From positions 868,001 through 932,000 of the forward strand of contig JAIVFI010000001.1 of assembly GCA_025558095.1 (NCBI GenBank): 64,000 nt of DNA. The letters run 5' to 3'. The position numbers and the translations under genes are program-made. Each line of letters starts with the position of its first letter. Position 1 is the first letter of the stretch. This DNA comes from Hyaloraphidium curvatum SAG 235-1 (taxonomy: Eukaryota > Fungi > Monoblepharomycota). Shown one piece after another: positions 1-13,156 of the stretch. Under the pieces are notes generated by a model. The model saw nothing but the letters and a program-made list of their open reading frames with translations. It did not search any database and was not told where the DNA came from.

Positions 1-3000
1 GGCCCAACCGGCGATCCTTTCGCAGGGCATCGTCTCTGGCATGCTGGATTACTTCCACAAGTCCGGCCGCTTAAATCTCCTGGATCCGGCGGGAATCGAT
101 CTGTTTTCGACGATCTGTGTGCTCTTTTTCGTCGTGGATCAGCGACCTCGCATCCGAGCCCAGGTGCTTGCCATGCTGGAACGCCTGTATGCTCCCTCGG
201 TCGGCACAGGCTTAGTGGATCGGATACTCCTTCCCCATGTGTTTGCTCGACTCCCGGAGGAAACGGATCCTCAAATTGCGGCAGGCTGTCTGCAGTTGCT
301 GGCCGCGGCTTTGGGCGACGGGTTTGGCGGGAGCGCGACGGACGCCCATTTCCATTCTTTCGTGGGACTTCTCTTCGATTGCGCTTCGTCCTCCTCCCCT
401 GTTGGGGCACAGGCCGCGGCGGTGCTTGCCGACACTTTCGTCGCTTGCTTTCAAGGCCGGCAACCGGCTCGTTTCGCCCCGACCATATTCTTGGAGCTCG
501 TCAAGTTTCTGGGAAGGACTGATGCGAATGCAGCTGCACGCTTGGAAACGCTGAAGCTTCTTGCACAGCTGCGCGCGGACCGCCAACACAGGGTCCGCTT
601 GGAGGGACTGCGGGGGCGGCGCCTTCGAGGCGTAATGCCTGCGGCAGGGGACGATGCCTCCGCGCCGTCAGAAGGATCCATGCTCCTGTTCTCGGCAGTG
701 GTCAGTTTCCGCGAGGAGGAGGGCAGTACCAAGGGCCAGACGGTCTCGTTCGGGGATGATGGCATGCAGGACGATCTCGCTTCCGATACCACCAAAAGAC
801 AGCCGGATGGCGAGGAAGCTGTGGGCCAATCCGACGTCCTTCTCCCAGTTTCAGCCTATGTCGAGCAGCTGACTGCTCTAATGCGCGCCGAAAAGGATTG
901 GGACGTGTTCTCCGCCGTCGTTGTGCTTTTGCCGAAGCAGCTGGCGAACTTCACGCTGTTTAGGGGCTGCCGCGTATCTCTGAACGCCCTCCGTGCAGGA
1001 CTGTGCGAAAGCATCACTTCGGACCTGCTGGCGCCGCAGCTTGTTCTTGCAAAGGGTGCCAAACGGGCGGACGTGTACCTGCAGGCCTACCGCTTGCTGA
1101 CCTCGCTGATGCCGTACAAGGGTTTCTTCGCCAAAGCGGGCCTCGACGACATGGTGCTCGCGTTCCAACTTGGGCTGACGAAGTGGCCGACGACCGCCAG
1201 ACCTTGCGTCCATTCACTTCTGCAGTGTTTGCATGAGGTGCCTTCGAGCATGGTGAAGTTTCTGCCCAACACTCTCGTCAGGATGGCCCAGGTCATTTCC
1301 ACAACATCGCTTTCTGTGCACATCCTGGAGTTCCTCTCGGTCCTCGCGCGCATGCCTTCACTGTACAGCAATTTTGTGGAGGCGGACTTCAAGAGGGTGT
1401 TTGGAATCGCTTTGCACTACATTCAGCATTCTTCGGCCGTAACGAGCGCTGGTCAAGTGTCGGCGCCCAACAGTTACGCTTTGGGCCAGTTTGTCATCTA
1501 CCTGTCATACCACGTCGTCACGGTGTGGTTCATGAACCTGCCAGTTCGGGAACGTCGACGTTATGTTCCCTTCATCGTGCACTATCTCGCGCTCGCCAAC
1601 GGCCCCGCACCTGCTCTGGACGAGAGGATCGAGGTCCTGGTGGACATGCTCCTGCGATACGCGTATTCGAACTCCCAGGCCAAACCGCAGCGCGGCCTGC
1701 TCGACGAGCTGTTGTTTGGCGAGCTTTCGGCGACCAGCCAAGTGATTTCCAGGTCGTGGGCGCAAGGTTAGCACTTGTGTGTGAATCCGTTTCCGCGCTC
1801 TCTGACGTTCTTCCAAAGGCGGAAGCCTCGTCACCGCTCGGACGATCCGGTCCCTCGGATGGTGCGAACTTACCGTACGGCGCCCCTCCGGCACCGCCAA
1901 ATTGCTCATTAGGTTGGAGAACCGGCTCAAAGGCGAAGAAGCGGACTTTGCGAGGGCGCTCTTCCCCATGGCACATTTGGGATTCGAGACGGTGGACGAC
2001 CTGGCTTTGATCTCCAAGGCAGTCCAGAGCACCTCTGGGCACCCGCAACAGGAAAGTGCGGTGGGCGGCAAGGAAACGAACCAGCAGTATGCCAAGGGTC
2101 ATGCACGGACCATATCGTCGAGATCGGACCCGGACGCTGCCAAGGGCTCTCTGGCTGTGCCCGATAGCTCGCTGAGGAGGGCGAAATCCATCAACGACAC
2201 CGCAGTTGGTAACGCTGGCGATGCATCGGCTGGCCCAAGCGAACCCGCGCGCGCTGGAGCTGAAGCTAAGGAGGCGTCCGCCGACCCCGACCCGTCGTCC
2301 CTCTTATCGACGCTGAAGGAGACCTTGATTTCGGACGGTGGGACCGGGGAGAGTGATAGGACGAACCACACGTCCACGCCCTATCCCTTCAAGGACGACA
2401 ACCTGCTGGATCCCGGATTCGTGATGTCGCAGCTCAGCACCTATCCGGATCTGTCCGGCCGAGCGGAAGACAGCACGCGTGCGCTGCCGGACGACGACGG
2501 CACGACCCGTGCCATAGCGGTACTCGACCGCATACCCGTGGTCGATTTCCACAAGATTGGTGTCGTGTACCTCGGACCCGGTCAGACCACGGAGGGCGAG
2601 ATCCTCCGCAACCGGCGAGGGTCGGCCGCCTACCACCGTTTCCTCGCAGGTCTAGGCTCGTTCAACCGCCTGCGGGACCTAAAGGACGTCTACACGGGAG
2701 GCCTGGACATTTCGCAGGATTTGGATGGCGAGTACGGCCTTTTCTTCGAGGATGAGGGCTCCCAGATCGCTTTCCACGTCACCACGCTCATGCCAAACAC
2801 CGACGGGGACGAGTCGTGCACGTCCAAGAAGCGGCACATTGGAAACGACTACGTGCTGATCGTGTTCAACGAATCGGGCGTCGAGTACGAGTTCCGGACG
2901 ATCCCGTCGCAGTTCAACTTTGTCAACTTTGTCGTGGCTCCCATCCTGGGGGAGAGCGGCCCGGCGCCTGGCCGCGGTTCGGACGTGCCCCATCTGTTCA

Positions 3001-3323
3001 GCGTGACAATGCAGCGGCGGGAGGACATGCCCGATTTTGGGCCACTGGCCGACACGAAAGTAGTCTCGTCAGCCGCCCTCTCCCCGCTCGTTCGACAACT
3101 GGCGACGCACGCGGACACTTTCGCGCAGATCTTTTACCTGAACTCGTCGGGAGTACCTGCGGATTGGATCTCCAACTGGCGCGAGCGATTGCGGCAGATC
3201 AAGCGCGCGCGGGAGAGGGCGATGAAGGTCACAGTGGGCGGTGGAGTTGGCGGGGGAGGCGAAGACGAGGGGCGGCAGAAGGCCGTGTTGGATCACGCGC
3301 TAGACTTCACCCGCTACGTCTAA
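1..3323 (+). CDS. TSC2: Tuberin (TSC2), 5'-truncated by window edge; C-terminal Rap/Ran-GAP domain
   Basis: ORFs 41-1771 and 1902-3323 are joined by a GT-AG intron at 1767-1818, restoring GWCELTVRRPSG. GAP motifs HKIGVVY, FHVTTLMP and KKRHIGNDYVLIVFNESG are present; the protein ends LDFTRYV. Confidence 0.93.
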
Positions 3324-6300
3324 AGGGAGAAATGCGAGAGAGATCGGCCTCCACGAAACGCTCGTTCGCCAAAGTCCTCCGTTGTGCCGTTAAGCTTGAG
3401 CTCACGGTGTCCCGCGCCTTCTGCGAAAGGGTATTTTGCGGCACGCCTTCCAGAAGAGCGTCCAGCGACCCTTGCAGCACGCTCTGGCGGTGCGGCAGCT
3501 GCATCCCCACAAGCGTCGACGAGATCTCGGAGTACGCGGCCGGGTTGAGGAGCACCAGGGGCAGTAAGGGCCTGCTCAGGCTCCACTGGATCGAAGAGTC
3601 TTCGAGCAGAACGGCCTGCAGCAGCTGCAGGAGCGTGAAAGGCAGGATATCGCCGTGCGACTCCAGGAACCTGAGAAGGAAGTGATCTGAACCGCGGCTC
3701 TTGGTCCGTTCCGCGTAGACAAAGGTCGCAATGTGGTCCACAATGGATGCGCACGTGGCGGCGTTGGCGGAATCCGGGTTCTTCAGGACCTCGCTAACGA
3801 TGTGGAACAGGTGGGTGGGGATGGTATCCGGAATGCTGTCGACGAGGTGCAGGAAGGAGGGATCCGTCATTGCATCCAACACCTGGCAGCAGGCAGTCTG
3901 GAGCTTCTGGTAGTTGAGGATATCGGAGATGGGTATCTTCATCAGCCGGAACACGGCGTCGATCGCGGTCCGCAGGGCCGGATCGTCGTAACTGTGCGTT
4001 GGCAAGCGCGATTAGACACCAGGCACAGCGGGACGGCGAAAGCGACACATACAGCTTGAAAAGAGAAAAGTTCACGTAGCGGCCGGCAAGGGCGAGCGAA
4101 AAGAGACGGCTAGGGAGTTTCGTGAGCAGGAAGGAACGTGCCGATTCACACCAACTCACAAGCAGCTTTGGGTCCCCTTGATCTTCCTGGCATACGCATT
4201 GTCCAGTCCATACTCGGGCAGCGACGTGGCATAGCCCGCGTAGATGGCGAGGGTATCGGAAATGGCCCGGAACAGGAGCACCCCGTTGGGCGAAGTCTCG
4301 ACCGATATTCGGGACACGCGGTTCTGTGCCACTTCGCACAGGAGCTTCAGCAAGCTCGCGGCGACTCCGGGATCGCCGACGTGCGAGCGCAGGAACGGGA
4401 TGATCGCCGAGGTCAGGTGCGGCAGCAGCCACCCCAGGGCCAAGCCGTACGCCTTCTTCGACGAGATCGGGGCCAGGAACCCCTGGATGTGCCGAAACAG
4501 GTTCTGGATGGCCAACACGGCGTCGCCGGTAAAGGCATGAGGGGCGCGGGAAAGCTGCTGCAGCGAGTCGGTCCACGGGCGAACGAAGGCGCCAAACTCC
4601 TCCTCGCTGATGTCCCCGTCGTTGGCCGGATTCGCCACCAGAAGACGGGCCAGCAATCCGTAGAGCTGGACACGAACCGACTTTTCCGTCGCCGGGGAAG
4701 ACAGGAAGGGTATCTGGGGATGCAGGCCGCCGGCTGCGTCGTAGGCCAGTCAGACATGACGCTGCGGGCACCATGGGAACCTCCTACCCATGCCATCGCC
4801 AAAGAGGAGCTGCTGCACAACGCCGAGCTTCTTCATGTTCTGCGGCGGGACCTGGTTCAGCCGGCCACCGCGAAGCTCCGTGGCCACACGATCCGCACTT
4901 TTGCCGACGTGTACCCCAAAGACATCTCGTGCAAGAGCTTCACCGCATGCCGAACAATGACGGGATCGTCCTTCCAGACAGCCAATGTCGTGAACCTGTC
5001 GCGATTCCTTCTCAGAGGGTCCCGGTAGCGACAGCGATCGCGGGAGAACCAACGCATGCTCGCAAGTGACGGCAATGAGCTGCGCGGGCTCAGTGATTCC
5101 AAAGGAAGACCCCAAGCTCTCGTAGAGCTTCGAGTACCGTTGGCCGCTCTCTGTGCTGTATGTTCTTTGGAGAAACATAGTCAACAGCTCGGCGGTGCCG
5201 TGACGCGGAAACGAGCACCCACTTGCGCAAGGCATCCAGGAACTTGAGGAACGCAAGGCTCACGGCCGCAGACGAAGCCTTCGGGGTCTGCATCACCTGG
5301 AACACGGTCAAGGAAAGCATCCCGTCGCAGGTATCATCGTCCTCGGAGTAAACTCCGTAGGGTTGTCTCGAGGAAATGAAGTGGCTCGCCATGAGCAGCA
5401 ACCAAGCAGTCCGCACCGCGTGGCGGGAAGAAACTGCCTCCCTTTCCACCGCGGCAACCAGAGCTTCCACCGAAACCTTGTACGTGAAACGTGCAATGCC
5501 AGCAAAGAACTCCAGCTGCGCCTCGTCGTGCCCAGCGTCGTCCTCGTCGAACCTATCGCCCCCCCCGTCCAACCGCTGTCCAATGAACCGCGAAACCAGC
5601 GCCGTGGTCACTTGGCGCATCTTCTCCGTGTTCTTGGTCCCCACGTTCGAAAAGCTGTTGACTACCCGCGCCCAGAATTGCAGGATGTTTGTCACGGCCG
5701 TTGCAGACACCTCAACGCCAAAGGCCCTGAGCGTGAGCTGCACCATGTGGTCCAACCACAGCTGAAAGCCGCCAAGCTGGTCCACTTCCGACAGCGGCAA
5801 AACCAGACGCGCCATGAGCCGCGTCAGCTCATGGAAAGTTCCCTCGTCGGACAAGCCGTGGGACGACTGACAGGTGTCGGTCAAGCCCCGTAACAGGTGC
5901 TGCAGAAACGTCTTCCGTTCCTCCTCGGAAAAGAGCGATTTCCGGCACGCGGAAAGAAGTCCGATCGCCTCCATCAGCGGTTGGGTCTCGGGCGGCGACC
6001 ATTTGCGGTACAGTTCAAAGAGCGACTTGAGCGCATCGGGCACGTCGCTCCTCCACGAGGTTGGAATCTGCGTGGCTCCCGCAGCCTCTTCCGCTTCGTC
6101 CGGGTTCGTGCCGAGAAAATCGAAGGACAAGCACCGCACGCACAATCCCGCGGCCGAACCCCGTGCCCGCTTGATCGCCGGCTGGGCGTCTCCGAATGCG
6201 GAAGATTGGGTGAGGCGCTTCATGCACGCGAGGCTCGTCAGGAAGAGGTTGTGAAGGGCCGTGTCTCTGCCGCGGCCGCCGGGATCCGTGAGGGTCCGCA

Positions 6301-7051
6301 GGAAGGAAGAAGCCCGATTCGACCCACCTGAAGGATACCGCCGTACGCCTATGCCTCGATGCACTCTTGTTCCTCCTCTGGGAGCTATCCGACATATCCA
6401 GAACAATGGCCGACAGCAGATCCATGATAACGGGACCGTCGGGAACGTCCGAGTTGAGGAGGGCGACCGAATCGGTGACCGTGGCCTTGTACAGGTCGTC
6501 CTCCAGCCAGCCGAGGCAGGTGAGAGAAGAAAGAAGCCTTGCCAAGGCGCCTGTAACCAGGTTCGATGCGGCGTTCCCTCGCAGCGCCTGAAAAGCAGCG
6601 GCGCCTGGGAGACACATCGTCATCCCGAGTCCGGGACGTTTCCGGCCGACACACCCACGCAAGCCCGACTTCAACCCAATGTCCAGCGAACCAAAGTGGG
6701 AGTTGACGACCGACAGGAGCACGGTGGCGGCAAAGTACTTTGCCCAGGCCGTCTGAGCTTGCTCAAGCAGGCGCAGGGCGTTCTCCAGCGTTTGCTCGGG
6801 ATTCCGCTGGATCGCGCCCCGTTCCCCGCCCCGCGCCGCGATGGACGGCGGCACATTGTCGTAGGTCGGGAAAAGGTTGAAGAGGTAGATCTCGGCCTCC
6901 TCCCTGCGCGAAAGGTCCGTGCCTCCCAGGGCCACCGCGCACGCCTGCAGGACGCGACAAAGACGCGTCAGGCGCGCCCGGACGCCAAGCTTGGACTGAT
7001 GAAAATAACCTCTTCCACGGCTCTCAACCCCGCCGGATCCACCGCCATCAT
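3307..7051 (-). CDS. XPO7: Exportin-7/RanBP16-like HEAT-repeat nuclear transport receptor (multi-exon)
   Basis: Motifs CLSFDFLGTNPDE...QIPTSWR, FHELTRLMARL, SPNGVLLFR, WSLSRPLLPLVL and YVNFSLFKLYDD are spread over several minus-strand ORFs separated by short introns. The ATG (7051 or 7048) is inferred. Confidence 0.85.
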
Positions 7052-7176
7052 CCGCCCGGGTAGCGCCGGGGAAAATTGTTTATTTGCACGGTGTAGCTGC
7101 GCGATTGGGCTGGGCGGCCGGCATCACCGCGTCACCCGAGGCGTCCCTCACGAATCGCTTCTTCTCGTTGCCAACA

Positions 7177-8235
7177 TCAAGCGTCACTACCGTCGCCGTC
7201 GCTGCCTTGCTGGCGCCGGAATTCCTCCCTCAGCATCCGTGTGATTTCCTCCTTGGTCAGGCCCGGATTCTGCTCCCGAAATAGGGGCCGATTCTCCTTG
7301 GCAAAGCGGCCATAGGCCGTCTTTGGCGCCCGACTCGACGGCCGCTCGTCATCGCTCGCCAGAGAGGACGGTTCCGGCGCACGCCTCTTTGCTGGCTTCG
7401 CTTTCGCCTTGTCCGGCATGCGCTTCAGTGCCTTGATTCGGGCGTCGGCCTCCCTGGCTTTCCGCCGTTCTCGCCGAGCCGCCCGTAGAACGCTCGCCAG
7501 CCTTTCCTCGTCACTCGATCGTCCGCCGAGCAGGTCCGACTCGGAAGTGATCTCCTCCGCGCCCTCGGAATCCCGGTCCCGCTCCTCATCCGTCGTCTCT
7601 TCCCTCTCGATGCCGCCTTCGACGTCGTCCCCCTCCTCCGCGGCATCGAGGTTTCCGCTTCCCTGGTCCCGATCCGGTGCGGAGGGTCTCGGCGACCCTT
7701 GTCCGGCCGCCACATGTCCTTCGTCGGTACGGTCATCGCTCCGAAGCGGAAGCTCCGGCTCGATGCTTGGCAAACGAATCCGTTCCTGATGGTTCGCGGT
7801 CCCAGAATAAGGAGAACCGGCTTCGCTGTTCGCATGCTTCGGAGTTTCATCCTGGGCAGGTGTTCGTCCGCGCCCGGAGGCGGCGCCCGCGACGTGGCCT
7901 TCCTTTCGTTTCAGGACCAGGGGCAACGCCGTCCGCTCCCCGTCGCCGTGGAATGTGAGCCGTCCGTCGAGCCGCAGGAGGACTCGTTCCCCCTTCGCGA
8001 CTTTGTCGCCGCCGACGTAAAATGGGTTCGCGCCGGTCGACCGGGTCACGAAGATTCCGTCGCCGCTGGGATCGACTTCCAGATCCACGGCATGCTTGCT
8101 GACGTTCGAAAGCTCCGCTTCGGGGGCCCACGGGTACACACCGCGGACTTCCAGCCTGCCAATGATTCCGTTCGGCGGGCAATCGAGCCGTGTCCCGTCG
8201 ACGGTCTCGAAGAAGTACGAGGAGAGGTCGCTCAT
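7177..8235 (-). CDS. Uncharacterised protein: N-terminal FHA-like domain, acidic linker, C-terminal HMG-box-like motif
   Basis: FHA-like pattern IIGR...SNVSKHAVDL...STGANPFYV. The C-terminus APKTAYGRFAKENRPLFREQNPGLTKEEITRMLREEF resembles HMG-box helices 1-2. Confidence 0.6.
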   Translation of the reverse strand: MSDLSSYFFETVDGTRLDCPPNGIIGRLEVRGVYPWAPEAELSNVSKHAVDLEVDPSGDGIFVTRSTGANPFYVGGDKVAKGERVLLRLDGRLTFHGDGERTALPLVLKRKEGHVAGAASGRGRTPAQDETPKHANSEAGSPYSGTANHQERIRLPSIEPELPLRSDDRTDEGHVAAGQGSPRPSAPDRDQGSGNLDAAEEGDDVEGGIEREETTDEERDRDSEGAEEITSESDLLGGRSSDEERLASVLRAARRERRKAREADARIKALKRMPDKAKAKPAKRRAPEPSSLASDDERPSSRAPKTAYGRFAKENRPLFREQNPGLTKEEITRMLREEFRRQQGSDGDGSDA

Positions 8236-8387
8236 CGGGCTTCCTTGTGAGTGCGAAGCCGTCTTTGCACGCGCACTGAACACGACCGGGCAAGTAGCAA
8301 TCAGGATGGAGTTCCGGCGGCGGGGACGGAGGGAGCACGATCGATCCGCCGGCCGGACAGGACACGGATTCGAAACCACTTGCCGCC

Positions 8388-9360
8388 ATGGCGGAGTTCC
8401 TTTCGCTGAAGAACCCGTACGCCACCGACGACGTGTTGCTTAGAACGCCGTCGAGGAGGGACGGCGTGCCCGAGGATTTGGAAACGGACCTGCGGCTCTA
8501 TGCATGCGAATTGGTGCAGTCGGCCGGCATGCTCCTGGGACTGTGCGTGCTTTCCGCGGGGCGGTCGCAGGAACGAAGAGTGACATCCACGGACCCTGCA
8601 GGCCACAGGTTGCGATGGCCACCGCGCAGGTGCTGGTGCAACGTTTCTTCTACCTGTCGTCCATGCGCAAGCACAGCGTCCGGGTGAGCCTCCCGGAAGC
8701 ATTCGCGTACAAGCGACTGTCGTTGACGCTACTGATCGAGGACATTGCTATGGGGGCGCTCTTCCTCGCGGCAAAGGTCGAGGAGACTCCGCGTCGGATC
8801 CGCGACATCGTGCTCGTCTTTGATCACGTTATCAAGCGTGCCAGGGGCCAGAGCCTGGAGCCTGTGGAGATGTTCGATGCCGCGTTTTTCGAGCTCCGGA
8901 ACGGCCTCGTGGACGGCGAGATGCACCTCCTCCGCGGGCTAGGGTTCAATGTGCAGGTGCAGCACCCGCACGGGATCATGGTCAACTACCTGCAGAGCCT
9001 GGGGCTCTCTTCCAACCGCGAGCTTTGCCAGAAGGCTTGGAACTGCCTAAATGACCAGCGAGTGCCGGCCGCAGCCGCCCTCAGGCCCATCTTCTCACCC
9101 GCCGCGCCAGGCTGCGAACCCCCATCTCCGTCGCGTACCCGGTACACACGGTGGCGTGCGCCGCCATCTGGTTGGCGGCACGGCAGATCGGGATCGCCTT
9201 GCCGACCGTGCCGCCGTGGTGGCAGGTGTTTGACGCGGAGCTCGAGGATCTCGAGACCATCAGCCTCATCCTCCTCGACCTCTACGCGCGGCGTGTCGGG
9301 CGGGCGGAGCTGCCTCTGACCGCCAGGGAGCTGGAAAGATACCGGCCCAGTGGGCGCTAG
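8388..9360 (+). CDS. CCNL: Cyclin L
   Basis: TPSRRDG..EDLETDLRLYACELVQSAGMLL, LPQVAMATAQVLVQRFFY, GALFLAAKVEETPRRIRDI, LLRGLGFNVQVQHPH, AWNCLND, PPWWQVFD; three short introns. Confidence 0.9.
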
Positions 9361-9377
9361 TGGTTGCCAGTGATGGC

Positions 9378-12300
9378 TCATGCTGGGAGCTCGCTGATGC
9401 TGCGCTCGGACGTGATGCGGCGGCTTGACCCGTATTTGTTGATGAGGTCCCGGAGGATCGCCAGAAAATCATCTGGGCACATGGCCGTCGGAACCCGCGC
9501 CGCGCATGCCGGCCTCAAGGGTGGTACCTACCGAGAGGGATGTGGTCGGTGATCCAACGGCGTGGCTGGACCGAGATCGAGTGTTTGGCGTCGATCTGTG
9601 TGTCGATCAAGGAAGGATCGTGTGCTCCCGGCGAGAACGAGAGGCGGATCGAGTACTCGCGCGGTGCACCGCTGGAGGGAGTCATTGGCCGGATCTGGGG
9701 CGTACCCGCCCGCGAAATCACGTCGTTGGCCTCGGAGTTCGGGCTCGACGACGCGGGGGAGGCGATCGCCGCATTGGAGACGATAGGAGACGTGTGCCGA
9801 GTGCGCTCGTAGAGCTCAAACACGATCTGTGTCAAATCTGCAAGACGGGACGTCAGATTCGCGCGCCCGGTCGGTGTGCCCACGCCTCACAGTCGACCTC
9901 GTCCACCTCCTGCGGGGAATAGCTCAATCGGACCGGGATTCCGCAAAGCAATATCACGTTCAGCAGTGTGATGACCTTGGACTCCTTGGTGAAGAACAGC
10001 CGGGTGCAGGGCGTGAGGGAATCGCGCGCCTCCTCCAGATCGTCGACAATCTGTCGCACGAGCGGCAGCGCGCTCAGCACTCCGATCTCCAGCTTCTCCT
10101 CCTTTTCGATGCCGTACTCCTGGGGAGCGACAAAGTCGAACAGGTTGCGCGACTTGTACCATAGCTTCCGGACCATGTCGTTGTTGGGGTCGTCCGGACT
10201 GCCGAACATGGCTGCGGACCACATTAGCCACCGCAGGGTCCGGTTGGAGACCACGATGGGCCACCTTACCTTCCAAAAAATCTCGGTTGTGCAATGCATC
10301 GAACTTCATCGAATCGTCTGACGTGCAGAGCCACAGATGAACCAATGATCGGGCAAGCACAGGAGGGTCCGCGACAACTCACAGAGTTCTGATACCTTGG
10401 AGGCCTCGAAGGATTTCCTTTCCACGTCACAGAAGCCTTCGCAAGGTCCGGCGATGATGAGGCCGTCCACGCACGCTCGATCTCAACACCAACCTTCAAA
10501 CAGCTTCTCCCATCGCTCCTGATGGAGAGCGGGGAAGTCACCACAAGTCTCCGGCAACGCAGAGAGTAACCCACTGCAACAAGGAAAGGGCTGTCGGAAC
10601 AGCACCAGCGTGACTCAAACTGGAAAAGCCCTTTCGCCATGTTTTCCTTCATCTTGGCCCGCAGGGTCTTGAGGATTTCAATCGTCTGGCGGCCGACAAT
10701 TTAATGCATGTTGCCAGATCGTGCAGTTGTATGCCCTGACCTCGGTGACGGCGATGGAGGGGTCCACGAGGTCGGTTGGCAGGATGAAACCGGGAGGCAG
10801 CAGCTTGAGAGCAGCACTACTTTCGTCCCCGTCGGCGTTGACAATCTGAACCAGCTTTGCCTTCACGAGTTCCATCTGCTCCTTTGCAGCGTCGCTGTCG
10901 TCAAGCATGTGACGGCTTACAACTGCGAGTCGCCGTGAATATGTGCATCACGAAAGGTTCGGGCGCCGCCACCCACTGATCTGATCCTCGGCAACGCTGT
11001 CCACAGACAGAAAGTAACGAAGGAAGATGTCCGCAGTGGCGAGGCACCTCCTTTCGCTGCTGCTGTACACGCGGACGTCCTCGAGGACCCTCTTGTTCAT
11101 GAGCACCAAGTCCTTGCGCAGGTTCTCTCCCAGATCCTTGCTCTGATGGCGGCCGGCGTGCGTGTATTCCCCACCCCTTGAGGACCCTGGTAAACAGCAT
11201 GTTCGCAGTCGGCCGGAGCGCCTACCATTTGGCAATGAGCTGTATCTTGTCTAGGATGCGAGTCTTTTTCTTGAAGCTGGGCTTGATTTGAATCTTTGTC
11301 CCGGGCAACGGGCCCTTCTTTTCCATGATGAATCGGAGTTGCGCGAGGGAGGCAGAATCTTCCAGCTCCGCCGCTTCTTCGATCGCGGTCGAAACCTCGG
11401 CAAGCTCCTCGGGCTTCTTCAGGATAAGCTGGCACGGGCACGGTCAGATGCCGCAACGTCATAGCAGCTTTATCCGTTCCTAACCTCCTCCTCGCTGCCT
11501 TTCAGGAGCCTCAGAAAAGGTGCAGATCGAAAGATGAACTTGACCTTTTGCTTGGGTGTCCGGTCCCCGTGTCGTAACACCGATACAAAGGCCTTCAGGC
11601 GCCATGCACCTTCGTTGCCGAAAATTTGGCGGATCAAAGAATGCGGGACCTTCCGCGCAGCCGCCGACTCGACGCAGATGTCGCGCAGTATCTTGGCGCA
11701 GCGGTCGTAGTACTCGTCGTTGCCCTTGACGAACGACCTGCGGTTCCAGCGTTCGAGGTCGAAGATATCTTGCTGCACGCCCCCGCACCCACCAGCCGTT
11801 GACGTCGATGACGTACGACTTGCCTCCGGCTCGAAGAAGATCAAACCCGCATACCGTCTGCTTGAACGCCTTGGACACCTTGGTCGCCATGGTCCTCTCT
11901 TCCTCGGAAAGCGGCGTGATGTAGCGGACTTCCTTGCCTTCGGCATTTCGCTGCACCACGCCGTCGACAACCGGCGACCTAAAGCACAAGAGCTGTCGTT
12001 CAGTCGTAGCGGCGGGAGCGGGGGACTCGGAGCCCCACTTCCTCGTCTCGGCATGGTGATATATGTCGGAAATGGTGTACACCTTGACGTCTTCCAGATT
12101 GTCGGCAGTCATGAATTCTTCGTAGATGTACGACTTGTCGGTGCGCACGTTGACCAAGGCTTGGACCAGGATGTCAGACGTGTTCACTCGAGAAAAGCGC
12201 CGCCGAGACCCCCACTCGGATCAAACTCGGAAGACTTGTTGCCGACCTTGCGAAAAAGCTTCCTCGCGCCGCCACCAGCCGATTTCGGGTAGTAGATGTA

Positions 12301-13076
12301 AACGTTGTGGTCCTCGCCGGATGCCGGTTTCTCCACGAACGGCTTCCTGATTTTCTTGCCCCCGATCACGATCGTATCCTCGTCGAGTTGCTCAAAGTGC
12401 TCCGTTTGGAAGGCCGCGGGAGTGAGGTCGACCCCCAGCGACTCCTTGACCCTCTGGACCACCTCGTCTGAATGGCAGTCAGGATAGTCCCTGTTTGCCC
12501 AAATGCTGTACGGCGTCGGGACCCCGACTCCCTGGAGGACCGTGAGTACCAGCCGCCGGTCCTGGAGGATCTGCTGGTAAGACAGGTCGTTGATGCACAC
12601 GGGGTTGAAGTGGCGGACGTATGCGATCGCCTTGTCCAGCGGGAAGCCCGTCGAGAAGAAGGCGATCAGAAAGTCGCAAAACGGCCAGTTCTCGGGGTCT
12701 TCCCGGGACAGGCACCACGGGGTTTAGCAGCCTGCCGAGGAAAGGCAGCGGCGAACCCTGCACCTTCGTCGAGGAGGACCTTGTCGCCTAGATCACGTCA
12801 CGGTTTAGCCGTCGTCGAAGGCCAAAAACCATTGGGCGCACCGAAGATCACGATTTCGAAGTCGCCCAGAAGCAGAATGCGGTTGAGGATGTTGCGCATC
12901 GGCTTTGCTCGGGCCTTGGAGTCCATCGCAGCGACCCCGATGACGTCTGCCACGATTCGGTCACACGATGTCACCGGGGCACCAAACGGCCCACATTTCG
13001 CCGGGTTCGGAGCATTTGGATGTCTGTAGATGGTTGCTCCCGGCGCAATGCTGCGCCTCTTTTCGTGGTCGGCCAT
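9378..13076 (-). CDS. VIP1: Inositol pyrophosphate kinase/phosphatase Vip1/Asp1 (PPIP5K), multi-exon
   Basis: Kinase motifs [21 protein letters not shown] and [20 protein letters not shown]; histidine-phosphatase motif [12 protein letters not shown]; TRLFFTKES. The last exon ([10 protein letters not shown]...ELPA*) ends at 9378 after an intron. Confidence 0.93.
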
Positions 13077-13156
13077 AGAGCCGAGGAACCGGGACGCGTC
13101 GTGATTGGTCCGCGCGGCGGCGAAGGAATCTGCACCGTCCAGACGCGTCGCAGCCA

